In this document: piece by piece, positions 36,626 to 49,930 of the stretch
Position numbering within the stretch: the stretch's first letter is position 1
How the letters are laid out: every line of letters starts with the position of its first letter
Assembly (NCBI GenBank): GCA_035084275.1
Contig: CM068746.1
Location: 24,552,001 to 24,616,000, forward strand
DNA from: Hydrolagus colliei
Lineage: Eukaryota
DNA: 64,000 bases
Direction: 5' to 3'
Position numbers and translations under genes: made by a program
The notes under the pieces: generated by a model
Told to the model about the DNA's origin: nothing
Seen by the model: the letters and a program-made list of their open reading frames with translations, nothing else
Database searches by the model: none

Positions 36626-37446
36626 AACTCTGCCTGATGTATTTTCAGTTTGCTCATTATGGAACCCAGATAGGAACCTCTGCAAATTAGACCTCATTGT
36701 GTAAGGCAAAACTGTTCCATCTCCATGCATATCAATTAGATGAATTTGAACTAAGAGTAGAGGAAACCAGAGTCAAACACGGAAGTTGCTCTTATCAAAT
36801 TCCTTTTTTCTTGTTGTGAGAACCCCATGTAAGGGGGTTATTTCTCAGGCCAAGCTATTTAGTAGTGGCAGTTCCCTGTTCAGAAATAGCTGACTGTGGG
36901 ACAGCATTTTAAGCCTCTACTGAGCAATGACCAGCCATTTTTAGCCACTGTCACGTAGCCATTCATTAGGCACAGACCTGGATGTAACTTATCCATGTAG
37001 AGGCAGTGCCAGTGAATCCAAAAAATGACCTGAGCTACTCAGCAGAAGCCAGAAAGCAATGATGGTAAAAGTAGAGAGAGCGGCAGAACTGCAAAATCAA
37101 TTAAAAATGCTACTGCCCTGAAATTCATCACATCTGTTCTAGAGTTCAATAAGGGACAGCCCTAAATGCAAAATCTTATTGGGAAGATCGCAGCAAGTTT
37201 AAAATTATATTAATTTTAAATCAAATTTTACTCTTTGTCTGATACCGGGCTCCATATCTGATTCCACATTTCCAACAAACAAGACTAAAAGCGGTAGCAT
37301 TCAGCAGTTTCTTGTGTTGCTGTTGCATAATTTCTACTGAATGAAACTCCTTCCATGAAAGCTTATCTGAAGAATTTTTTATATTATTCACTGATAATAA
37401 ATAAGAAAATGTTAATCTGTCAGAAAGCAGAGAGTTGTGGTGAACC

Positions 37447-38491
37447 GCTGCTTTTCTGACTGGAGGGAAATGTACAGTGGCGTCCCCAGGGATTGGTATT
37501 GGGACCACTGCTCTTTTTAATTTATATTAATGATCTGGACTTGTGTATAGGGAGTACCATTTCGAAGTTTGCAGATGACAAAGTTTAGGAAAAATAGTAA
37601 ATAGTGAGGAGGATAGTACTCATCAGCAAGAAGATATAGAGCGAATGGTAAAATGGGCAGACGCATGGCAGATGAAGTTTAATGTAGAGAAATGTAACAT
37701 GATACATTTTGGGAGGAGAAATGAGGGGAGGCAATATAGGCTAGGTAGAACAATTTTAAGGGATGTGAAGGAACAGAGAGACCTGGGAGTTTGTGTGAGC
37801 GATTCTTTGAAGGTGGCAGGACAGGTAGACAAGGCTATCAAAAAAGCATACAGGATACTGGGCTTTATAAATAGGGGCATAAAGTACAAAAGTCAGGAAG
37901 TTCTGACTAAACTCCACAAAACTTTGGTTAGGCCTCAGCTAGAGTACTGTTACAATTCTGGTCACCACACTTTAGGAAGAATGTTAAGGCATTGGAAAGG
38001 GTGCAGAGGAGATTTACTAGGATGGTACCAGGAATGAGGGACTTCAGCTATGAGGAAAGGCTAGAGCGGCTAGGTTTATTCTCATTGGAATAAAGAAGGT
38101 TGCAAGGAGATCTAATAGACATTTATAAGATCATGAGGGGATTCGACAGAATAGATAGGGAAAAACTGTTTCCATTGGTAGGCATTATCAGTGACACGTG
38201 GTCACAGATTAAAAATATTTTCAAAAAGAAGCAGAGGGGAGGTGAGGAGAAATCTTTTCACTCAGCGAGTTGTTCGAATCTGGAATGCATTGCCTGAAAA
38301 GGTGTTGGAGACCGATTTGATAACAACTTTTAAAAGAGAGGTAGAATATTTATTTGAGGAGGACGGGTTTGCGCGGTTATGGGGAGAGAGCTGGGGAGTG
38401 GGATTAAATAGCTATTTTCAAAGAGCCGGCACAGACTCATTGGGCCGAATGGCCTCCTTTTGTGCCATAAGATTCTATGATTCTATGATTC
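37447..38491 (+). mobile_element. 5'-truncated CR1-clade LINE
   Basis: SGVPQGLVLGPLLFLIYINDLD, KFADD, WQMKFNVEKC, LVRPQLEYC, FTQRVVRIWNALP; tail with (gattctat)n 8-mer repeat typical of CR1. Confidence 0.93.
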
Positions 38492-39670
38492 AATCCTCAT
38501 ATGACCTGTGTGTTCTGATGAGGCCACTATAAGGAGTAATATAGAGATGCATTGTATTTCCCTTTGCTGACTGCTACTAGTTACTTTTAGAAATACAACA
38601 GCAACAGTTTTGCAGTGGCAGGACATGGGAGGACATCTCAAAGCTCTATACAGAGCTGACTGAAAGACTAGGGAGTTAGGGGTGGGAGAGGGCAGAAAGA
38701 GGGCCATAACCAAAATCAATTTTTTTTTAAAAAACCTTTTAAGGCAGGTTTTAAAGGTGGAAAAGTCCTTTGCTGGGACATGAAGCAGGCATGTGTTCAC
38801 CAAGTGGAGGGAGAAGCCATTTTAATGTACATGTACAGCCATTTCCAAGGGTTAAAAGAATACTTGGCTAGATGCATTCCTCTGCATTTCACCTATTGAA
38901 TCTGCCATGCAATATTTGTAGCTATCACTAAACATCTCTTTGTGCTTTTCCTGATCATTGCTTCTAGTTCCCATATTTTCTTTCTCTGTGTGTCATTTGA
39001 TGCATCTGTTTTTCTAACATTGTTCACTCTTTCATTTTACTTCACTTTTTCTACATTGTTTTCACATTTGGGGAATTGAAGAGAGCACAAAACTGAACTG
39101 TTTACTATTCAAGACTGTAGTCTTGTGCTTTTTTTTACACACACACTGTGCACACCAAGCAGTTGACACCTCTACAAGTGAGTGTTACTCTGATCTGATC
39201 CAGTCAGAAATAGTCCTGTGAAGTGACACACAGTAAACGGTAACAACTCACAAACGACTGCAGCAAATTCTGTACCAACTAAGAACTAAATACTGTAATA
39301 AGGTAGGCACCTGAAGTGCAATGTAATGAATTCTGCAGCATTTTCAAAGGAATTTGCAAATTAATTTAGCATCTGTTGAATTCTTGGAAATTGTGTTCAG
39401 TTACCCTCTACATGTGGTAATATTTTCGGCGTTGGGCTTCCTGAAAATCATTGTTGGTGTAATGTTTCTCTTGTCAGCTGTCAACACTTGATATCAATAG
39501 ATTGGATGAGAGCATTCTGTGAATGCACCCGGCACTATTTGTTGAAAACCTGTCTGAAGTAAGATGCAGCAACTTGTTTGCTGGGCAATTTGGTCCAAGC
39601 ATGTAATGAAATAAATGGCGTTTTATTTAAATGCTGCTATGATCACTTACTGGGGAAAGTCACTGCTTGG

Positions 39671-39703
<33 letters not shown>

Positions 39704-41489
39704 CATAGAGTAAACCTCCAACTTCACAGACTCCAGTTGTACGGGATTCACACCTACCTGTCTGCACCAGGCCAGAAACCTAAAATTTAAAATTAATTCC
39801 ACAGGCCCACATGTAGACTCCCAAATTCTAACTCTACTAATGTAACGTAACTCTACCAACACCATACTGAGAATCCTCACTGTGCTTGTTGGTCTTCACA
39901 GTGGCCAGGGAAATCGGGTTTGACTCAAATAGCTTATTCATTATTTTCTGCTAACAGGATTACAATTACAATGCCAGTCCTCGTATTTACTGGCGTTTTT
40001 TAACAATGCCTGTGGATTTGTAGGTGAAATGCACTGTCAATTTGCACGCCACAGGGCCCACAATCACCCATGTGGTGAATAACCAATTTTATCTGGGGAA
40101 TTGTTGGCCAGATTGATTGCCAGATCTATGCCGAGTGGCTGATCATAATTATGATACAATATAAGTTAAGGTGCTACGATTAGTTATCACTGAGCTGTGA
40201 AGGGGAGAATTTGCCACAGTTCTTGCTACTGATCTCTATCAGGGGATGTTTGTCAGGGTTCAGTTCACAGGTGCTGGTGCTTGACTGTGTTAGATATAAA
40301 AGTTTAGAGACCCCTGAAAACTCAAAGCACATGGCTTCTGGGCAGGCTACTGAATTGGACTATTCTCCTCAAAAGGTGCCCCATATTAAAGCAATATTAA
40401 AGAACACATTTTCAATCCTTTGCGTGGGTTTGTTCAAGTTATGGAATGTTACACTGCGGAAGCAGGCTATACAGCCAGTCCAATCTACGTTTGGTATTTT
40501 TCTCCACATGAGCCACCTTGTGTGATCTCACTCTCTTGCTCACTTCCCATACACTTTAGCAGTTTCCATATTTAGCTGATCTGCTCTCATACATGAATTG
40601 TGAGACCTAATTCAATCAGCAGGAAATGTGTTAGTTCTACACTTGTGAACTAAAAGAGCTAAGCAACACTCTTATCATGTGTTGGCAGCTGGAGTATGCT
40701 CGTAAACGCGAGGTGAGATTTGAAGATAAATCTGGTAGTTCCGTACAGAGCTGTGGTGTTTTCATGGTAGCAGAGACTGTTGATTAAATACAGAAATAAT
40801 AGTTGATTGTAAGGCAACAATCTGACGATGTATTCAGATGATATCCTAAAGTCTGAGCAAGTGGCAAAACAACTATGATTTATACCCAAGATGTAAGCTG
40901 TAGCCTTGTAACTGAGCCATCCTAGTTATGTGCCAATTTTAAATATTCATTTAAGCTTCAGTGGGATTTTATTCAGCTTTTGCTAACAATTGGCATGAAT
41001 TCCATTGGAAACTTCCAGTTAACCTTTTCATGTGGATGCATGAACATGTTTAGTTACCCCAATGGCTCAGCTCAAGTGGTAATTACAACAGCAAACAACA
41101 AAATTACTTTTATAGAGCGCCTTTCACGTTGGGAGGACGTCCAAAGCCCCAAGGCATTATTAATAATAATGCATATAATAATAATTAATCCTTGCATTTG
41201 ATATACTGTAGTGCCTTTCGCATTAGTAGTGCCTCTCACAGCTCTTCACAGGATATACAGTAGAGTGCACGCCTGAAAGCTACACTCCCATGCTCACGAA
41301 TGAATTAGAGCCACTTGAACAATATGCCAGCAGGTGGCTGGGAACCGGAACCACCACCATCATCAACAACAACAACTTGCATTTATATAGCAGTCTCCAT
41401 GCCGGGCAGAGTATAAGAGCTTGAGCAGCAGTAGATGATTGAAAACTGTGATATCTGCAACTGCAAATGTACCAAGAAACAATCAACAA

Positions 41490-42085
41490 CAACAACTTGG
41501 ATTTATATAACGGCCTTCACGTCGGACGGCGTCTCAGAGTGCTTCACAATAATGGATCCCGGGGCCGAGCCAAAGGGAGGGGGAAACAGGTGGCCAAAAG
41601 TTGAAAGGAAAGGCCTTTAGTCGAGACCTGAAAGTTGGAAGAGAGGGGACGAGGTGAAAGGAGTGAGGAAGCAGTTTCCAGAGTCTCAGGGCGTAGTGGC
41701 TGAAGACACGACTGTGGAGCAGAGGATTTGGGGAACAAGGAGGAGGCCGGACCCGGCAGAGGGAAGGTAATGGGTGCTATTGTGAGGAGAGAGGAGGTCA
41801 AAGTGGTAGGGAGGTGCAGATGGAGTGGAGAGATTTGAAAACTAGAGAGAGGATCTTGAAATCGATCCTCTCCGGGACAGAGAGCCAGTGCAGTCTGGCA
41901 AGGACTGGAGTGATCGGGGAGCAGAGTTTGGGATGGGTAAGAATGTGGGCGGCAGAATTCTGGATAACATGGATTTTATGAATGGTAGCAGAGAAAAGAC
42001 TCTGCCCGTGGACAGCATTTGAATAGTCTAGCCGAGAGGTGACAAAGGCATGGACCAGGGTTTTGACGTTGATTACTGGGAAGGT
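41490..42085 (-). mobile_element. L2-clade LINE 3' fragment
   Basis: ORF 41798..42091 contains LVHAFVTSRLDYSN and ITPVLARLHWL; (aac)n tail near 41485. Confidence 0.8.
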
Positions 42086-43519
42086 GTGCATCTAAGGTTA
42101 CAAATTCTCCCAAGTCTGAATTCATTATTTTTGTTTGGTTAGCCTGGTTTCTGACACATGCAGAAATCCACCATCAATGTGAAACCAGACTGAGAGTTCG
42201 ACATATCTGCTGACCTGTTAACCTGCTAATTGCAATATTTTCACCACCAAAATAGGGTTGGTTCTATTGGTGTAGCAGACTTTATGCGCATTTTATTGTG
42301 ATTAAAAGTTCTGACATCATCTAAAACTGATAGTACAGGCTCGATGGCTGAATGGCCTCTTCCTGTTCCTGTTTTCCTATGTTCCTCAGGAGGGGGCCTC
42401 CGTTTTTGCTCCTTTAAATGTGCAACATTACTAACTGATGTTTGATAATGAGAGTAATTTACTCCTTGGCAATGAATGAATGTGGATAATGCAGAGTTAA
42501 AGCACCCCAAATTGCCTTTACACCTGCAATCCTGACTATATTTTGTAGGTTATTGTAAAACATGAGTAAACCCACTCATCGTTAACAACGGGGAATATCA
42601 GAAGCCAAAGTTCAGGGACAAAATGTCACATTCCCACAACTACCATGGGAATGCCTAATCCCTGAATATAAAGACTATGTTAATTCATCTTTCTCACGCT
42701 CATCGGGTTACCCTCCAATGCTGTGGTCAGCACCCACTGTTTTATCATAAAGCTTTTTTAAAAAAAATAAACAGAAAAGAGTGGAAGAATAAACAAATGG
42801 AATCTATGGTTTCATGCTAAATGTTTCTTTGTAAATGTTTAATGTTCTACATTGTTAGATCATTTTTAACATGTTCTAACAATGGTTAGAACATGTTAAA
42901 AAAATTAAACAAATCAGTCATTTTACTTGAAAGAAGTTACACTATATCAAATGCAAGGATTATTATTAGGTTACTCTATAAATGGAGCATGTTTGTTTCT
43001 CTCTTTACATATTTGTTCATTCCTTGTTTCTTTCTCTCTCTCTCTCTCTCTCTTCTCTCTGTTTTGCTCTTGTTTCCTTTTTCTCTTTCTCTCTTTTTCT
43101 CTGGCTGAGGTTCTTTAAGGTGGTTTGACTAAAATATGCCCAAATTAGGTGTTTCCATGGAACATAGTAGATCAAACACCACTGCTTAGGAAAACAAACA
43201 GCTACAGACACCAGTCTGGCGCTTCCTCACCTTCTGGCAAAATTTAGGTGAGCGGAAAGTGGTGCATCATATTTCAATCTGGCACATATTCTCCATAAAA
43301 TAACAAGCACCATCTCCACTGCAGCGAGACTCCATCCCATTTTCCTATCTGCAAATTTCCTGGCTACAAATGTTTAATTCTGCAGAGCAGGAAATTCCTT
43401 CGAGCTATTGGCAAACTCTGGAAATATTCTTGCCAATCCCATGTTTTAACATTTATTTTCCTTCATTACATCAAAATATTTATCAGCCAATACATTTTGT
43501 GAAAGTGTTCCTCCTTTAA

Positions 43520-43880
43520 TAACAATAACAATCCTTACATTTGATATAGTGTTTTTCACCTCTTCTAAATGTCTCAAAACAATTCATAGAATATACTATA
43601 AAGTGATTTGACTATGTATACGTGGGAGAAACATGCCAGCTAATTGCGCACAGCAGTGTCCCACAAAAAGTCATGGATTGTTTTTTTGTGTGGGAATTAT
43701 TATTATTGGGCATGTATAGTAAGTAAACTTCCGAAGGTTTCGCCTTGCCTAGAATTGAATACAGGTCTCTCGCTTGCACTGAGCTACGGTACTCCATGTG
43801 AATTGACTGTATATATGTGGGCAAAAGGTGGCAGCAGGCAAAAGGTGGCAGCCAATTGCGCACAGCAGTGTCCCACAAAA
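43520..43880 (-). mobile_element. SINE plus adjacent partial SINE
   Basis: Reverse SINE 43520-~43795 with head ending gagctacggtactcc, followed by a second body fragment gccaattgcgcacagcagtgtccca. Confidence 0.8.
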
Positions 43881-44504
43881 CAACACTTGATGGTTTTTTT
43901 CATTATTTAAATATGATAAAATTGGTGCACTGATGTCAAGTTGTGATCTGTTCCTTTTTGCATTGAATATATTGCAAATCACATTAGTCATTTGGCGATA
44001 ACAGGAGGTGTTTGTGCAGCAGCCCACAATGTTAATAGCATTGCAATTAATGGCATTCAATGGCCAATAGAAAAGTGGATTTGCATTAGGATTTGTTTTA
44101 ATATTTTTTCAGTCCTTTGGAAACGTTATCAAGATACTTCAATTTTGTTCAATAATCCACTGGATTGTGGGTTGTGGTTTCATGTTTATTTGAATCTATT
44201 GCATTACTTCTCTTTATACACTGGAGCTCAGGTTTTTGACTATAAAATGTCAACTACTTACCATAAACAGGAAAATCATGTACAAAGTTCAATTAAAAAC
44301 AAATCATAAGACACACAACACAACACCAACAACTTGTCCTTATGTAGCATTCTCCATGCAGGGTAACATCTCAGAGCTAACAGTGACAGAGCCTGAAAGT
44401 TTTCTAGGCAGGACTTGAAAAAGGGGAGAGAAGGAGGGGGCAAGGTGGAGAGATTGAGGAAGAGTTTTCCAGAGTTTGGGGCAAAGTGGCTGAATGTGTG
44501 ATCT

Positions 44505-44795
44505 CCAATGAGATATTTAAACCAAAGTCCTGTCTACTTCTTCAGTTGGACACTAACGATCCCATGACACTATCAGAAAAGTGAAGGGAGTTTCTCCCTG
44601 TGTCCTAGCAATCAATACCCCAAATAAAATTAGTTATTCTTTCAATGGATAGTTGTGGGACACTGCTTTATGTAAATTGGCAGCTGTGTTCACATACACA
44701 AATGCATATTCACTTTAGAGTGAATCCTGTGAATAGCTTTGATGCACCCTTCCAAATGCCAAGGCATGATATCAAATGAAAGGGTTATTATTTTT
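44505..44795 (+). mobile_element. DeuSINE-like element with the same 3' body and tail as the young SINE
   Basis: atgagatatttaaaccaaagtcctgtc...gatcccatgacactat...gggagtttctccctgtgtcct then tgtgggacactgc...tatcaaatgaaagggttattatt. Confidence 0.6.
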
Positions 44796-45509
44796 ATTAT
44801 TATGCTATTGTTATTCTTATTCTTATTATGAAAGCCTTGTGTTGTGTCAGACAAGGAAACCCTTCCTTTGAAATTCAAATAGATCAAAGAAACTAAATTT
44901 GTTTTGAGCTTTTTCCTTGATCGAGCACAAATATATCCATTACAAAGGGGGTAATTTTACAAAGCAATAAAAAAGTCATGACAGTAATAAAGCATAACAT
45001 CCCAGTGAACATTAAGAGGCGACACACTAACATTTGCAATCAGCATTATAGATTATGCTTCATTGCAGCAATATAATGCTCAATGCATGGCCTACTGTCT
45101 AGAAGACATAAAAAGTGCTATATTAAATGAAAGGATGATTGTTATTACAGTGTAAACAAAACTCATTGATATAAAACATTTACAGTAACATTTGGATTAA
45201 AGCAGCCACACATTAAAAGAGGAAACATCTGGCAAAGCTAATTATTGTGTAAGATTGTGTCTATTTCAGCTAATATCCCATTGGAATATTTATTAAACCT
45301 AATATAATGTAGAATACTGATGAGGGTCCGGAACACCACTGTTCATAACTGAGTGCAAACAATGAACATCAGTGTGTAATACTGTACACTGAATACTGTG
45401 TGTAATACATTGAACACCACTGCTCAATTATACCCTATGAACACCACCCTTCCACATACTTCTCATCCTTTTGAATTCCATTGTGTGATTTGTGGAACAG
45501 AATATAATA

Positions 45510-45900
45510 CAACACAATACAAAATTACATTTCTTTCTAGCGCCTTTCACGTCAGGAAGACTTCCCAAGGCGCTGGACAGTTGGGAATTTGGACCTGAGC
45601 TGGGGATCGAGTAGAGGAGGGTGATGGGCCGGGAGGGTGGGAAGGTGGCCAACGCACCGTGGAAGAGGAGGATTTTGAGACATGCCTTAAAGAAGGGAGA
45701 GGAATGAGGCAAAGGGAACGTGGGATGGAGTTTCAAAGGGTGGGGGTAGAAAGGCTGAAGATTCAACTACTGATGGTGGGGCAGGCCGGGCGGAGGACCT
45801 AATGCAGGTCATAGCCTGGTGAGCGGAGGGACAGGTTGATATTGGATCAGCAGGTTGCAGAGGTAGGAATGATCAAGGCCTTGGAGGGCCTTGAAGACAC
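45510..45900 (-). mobile_element. L2-clade LINE 3' fragment
   Basis: gcgcctttcacgtcaggaagacttcccaaggcgc tail; VFKALQGL...YLCNLL remnant. Confidence 0.75.
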
Positions 45901-46361
45901 TGTTGAGCATACATAATGATACATAATGGACTAAGTCTAATAGAAAGCTACTTTGTGTTACACTGTTCAAACCAATGAGAAACTTTGTGTAATGACTGGG
46001 TGATAAACTGCCCCCTGTAATGTGAGTTATCCTGTAGAGCTCAACCATTGTTTGGTGCAGGGGATTTTGTTGTATAGCCCTCTTTCAGTCAGTCTCAATT
46101 CTCCCTGACAGATTGGAAAAAAAAATACATCAGTCTCCTGTGAATATGCCATATAACAAAACTGTGTATGATAGTCCATTAAACAAATTTAAAATATGAT
46201 TTGAATTTGTTGTTTCCTGCATCAAGTTCAGTACTGACAGAACAGCAGGGAAACTGAACAAGTAACTACATTCACCTATAAAAGGTTAAGTAATATATGG
46301 ACTTGATGGAACACATAGTTCACAAATGACTCTGATGTATTACTGCCCTAAACCTCTGAAT

Positions 46362-47589
46362 TAATAATAATAATCCTTGCATTTGTTATAGCATTTTTCA
46401 CATCTTCTAGAAACATCTCAAAGCATTTCACATAATATACTGTAAAATGAATTGACTGTACAGGTAAACCTCTATTTACGACGGGGTTGCGTTCCTGAAA
46501 AACTGTATGTATATCGAAACGTCCTAAATCGAAACACAATTTCCCATGCAGTCCTATTATATAACCAGAGAGTGTTCTTTTCACAAAATTTTCGGACATT
46601 AACCCACTAAATAACACACAAAATCACTCAACATAACACACAAATTAACACACATAGGCAAGAAGGGGTAAACTGTATGGTATATTACGCTGGTTCTGAT
46701 CCTCAATCCAGACACTCAGCATTCTTTCCATGTTTTCCATCACATCACGCCTATGTTTTTCTAATCTGCTTGCACCTATAGCTGTAACACACCTTGAACT
46801 TGCCAGTATATTGTCCTTATTCTGTTTTATAGTAGCCACCGTCGATCTAGCTAGCCCTAAAGCCTTCCCGATGTCCGTACCTTTTTCACCAGAATCAATG
46901 CGCTTTATCACCTCCAATTCGATATTTAAAGTGGTGACTTTGTGGGGTTTCTGGCCGCTAGCAGTATTACCGCTGCTCATTTTATACTTACTGTTGCCTC
47001 TCCCCCGACTTGCTAGAAGCGCAGTAGAGGCTGTAAATCACTCGGGAATGTTCGGAAATTAGTGTAATACTGACGTGGCGTGGTGTTGCTTCAAAATCAG
47101 CCGGCTTTTAAACAATTATGTGGCGACATGCTATTGGCCAGTTCAAATGCTTGGATTTACCTGCAAGTACACTATGGGCTGTGTGTATGGACAAAAAGGA
47201 TGCAAGAAATGTGACCGCAATATTCAAAATATGTCCCGCTCATGCGCAAAAAAAATTTGGGTCCTTAAAACAAATCCAAGAGTCGTATATCGATCAAAAG
47301 GTGTTAAAAAATTATGGTCCTTCAATCGAAATGTCCTAAATAGAAGTGTCATAAATCGAGGCTTACCTGTATATTTGTGGGCAAAACGAAGCTACAAATT
47401 GTGTACAGCAGTGTCCCACAAACAGTCATGGATTGAAGTACCCAATTTCTTATTATTTTTCTTGAAGGTTTATTATCAGGCATGTGGAGTAAGGAAACTT
47501 GCCCAAGGTTTCTCCCTGACTTGCCGGGAGTTGAACCCAGGTCTCTCTCTAGTAAGGCAAGTGATCTAACCGCTGAGCTACAGGATTCC
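46362..47589 (-). mobile_element. tRNA-derived SINE split by a DNA transposon (SINE parts 46362-46460 and 47370-47589)
   Basis: SINE text aattgactgTA|TAtatttgtgggc is continuous across the insertion. Confidence 0.88.
46461..47369 (-). mobile_element. Non-autonomous Tigger/pogo-like (Tc1/mariner superfamily) DNA transposon
   Basis: TA flanks; TIRs caggtaaacctctatttacgac and gtcataaatcgaggcttacctg; ORF 46645..46980 resembles the N-terminal CENP-B-type HTH (IGKALGLARSTVATI; MERMLSVWIEDQNQRNIP); no DDD catalytic domain. Confidence 0.9.
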
Positions 47590-48882
47590 ATGAATTGAAG
47601 TTAAACTGCATAATTTATTTTTCCATTTCCCATTCTATCTCTCCTAATGGTCGTTTTGAGTGACTTCGCCAAATGAATGCCAATTGTGCTGAACTGCAGG
47701 GCATTATTAAGCAATAGTTTCCTACCCACTGAGGAAATGGAATAGGAACTTATTAGAATGCTCAAACCGATTTCACTTCACATTCTTAGCAGTTGTCAGT
47801 CAGTGGACACCTTTAACTCTACAGGTTAGCTGGTCCAGAGGTAAACACACAATAGCCCAAAGTAGATTTGCTAACATCTACAAATATGACACTGATATTT
47901 TGTCTACGGGAACTACCAATTTCAATGCTTACTTCTGTAAATATCTCTTGCCAGTGCCATTCTGTGTAAATTCAGAATGCTCTTGAAACTGTTTCCATTC
48001 ACATTTTACAAAATGTGCTGATCCTTCATGTTTTGGTATTGCCCATCACTTTTCCCACAATAATGATTTTGGTTCCATTCGAACATGCAAATGTTTTTCT
48101 CTCACAGTTTGAGCTGACAATGTTGAATCAACTTTATTCCACATAGCTCACTCAGCACCCACACTCTGGACTCCACAGGATGCTGTTCAGCAAAATACAG
48201 TAGTTAGCAAACTCATTATGAGAGTTAATGTATGTGTGTCTAGATGCAAGCATTATTGCTTTTAAATTACTAAACTCCCCTCCTCTGGGAAAATAATAAA
48301 ACATTTACAATAAAAGGAGCAGACAGAAAAGATCTGTCAGTTTGCACATTTTTCAGAGTCACTGCTTAATAAAACACTCTCCTTATAAAAAATGTCATCC
48401 TAATTAATAATTAGGCATGGCTCTTTGAGGTGCTTTCACAGGAAGCTTCTTTTGTCTGTCTGATTAAGAACTACATGATTCGGTCTGAACCCTGCAGCAA
48501 AACCAGATCGAGTATAACTACTTATTCTATTGTAACAATGCTATCAGCATGAATAGCCTTGACTGTGGCATTTGTCATGTCTGGAATGCAAATGTTTCTA
48601 AAAAGGAAGCCTGCTTTATCCCTGGTGAATCTTTTGTTAGTCTCAGCATTGTGTGGGTTTCACTGCATGAAATAATGCAGAAGACAATTGGTACCATTTT
48701 GACCTTTTCTATAAATGAAATAAACCATTTACAGTCACTGTCAAAAATAACCCATCAGATGAGATTTCACAGAACTGGCATACGTATCTCAAAGCCAACC
48801 AACAAATTGTAAAGTGTACATTGATATTTGTATAATATATACCCTATTAGCAGCCACAGTGTATAGCGCAGAAACATGAGAA

Positions 48883-48896
48883 GTTGCTATGGAAAC
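48883..48896. promoter_or_regulatory. RFX X-box consensus match
   Basis: GTTGCTATGGAAAC fits GTHNYY-AT-RRNAAC; motif match only. Confidence 0.3.
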
Positions 48897-49930
48897 TGTT
48901 CAATATAGCGGTTCCCCCAAGAGGGAATCAGGTGCATTTGAATTATGTAAATCTTGTTTGAGTGAAAACTTGATCATGCTATACTATCACTGGTGTGATT
49001 TTCTAATTACCGTGCAGGGCAAGGATCAGGTCTGGTCTCAGCATGCTCCACACTCCCTCTGCAGACTCATGGTTTATGGGTGTGCTGCTAGGGGATCATT
49101 TCCTCAATTCTATCTGTTTAAAATTTAAATAATTCGGTGCTGAAAGCAAACATAACCTCACATATCTCGTGTCATGCAATTTAGACTCAACCTGCAGATT
49201 AAACGCACCAACCGTGTGACTTTACTGCATCATTTCCAAATTATGAAAGGACCATAATTCATGATACTAAAGACAAGAATGAAATATGAGGCTTTCCTTA
49301 CAAGTGAAATAAGGCCAGAAATTCTCTGTTGCCTCTGCGATTTTCTGCTTATTATACACTTACTACAGTTTAATTCCAGGAAGATGCAACGGGGAGGGGA
49401 TTTCAATGGCAAAATATGGGTTCCTTTGAACTATTTGCTAATTGTGGAATGATATGCATAAAATATCAATGTTATTCTTATTAGTAATAAATGACATAGC
49501 ACAGAGACATTCTGACTGGAAGCTCAGCCACTGATGATGGAGCAATAGGAATGGGGAGCCAGCTAGTAACATTGAAAGAACAGAGGATAGGTGCTCAGTA
49601 CAAGATAGCATTTTGTATGAAGTGGTTGATTCATTAACTTGCTTGGTTTGATCAGAAGGTTTAGCTCACTCATAAATTTCATTAACACTTAAAAATTAAA
49701 TTGTTAAATCTTAGAGGACACGAAGTACATCAAGCATTGCCATTCGGACTTGGATTAGATAAATAGGTGTTTTGGAGAAATATATTGACATACACGCACT
49801 TTATATGCCCTGCTCATCCCTTTGATTGCAATCTCAAGGATTGCGAGACTGCTTGATGCTCCAAGTTACAATCATTGACATGAAGTTAGTCATTGTATCT
49901 TGTGGCTAATCTGCAGTGAGCTGTGTGTTA

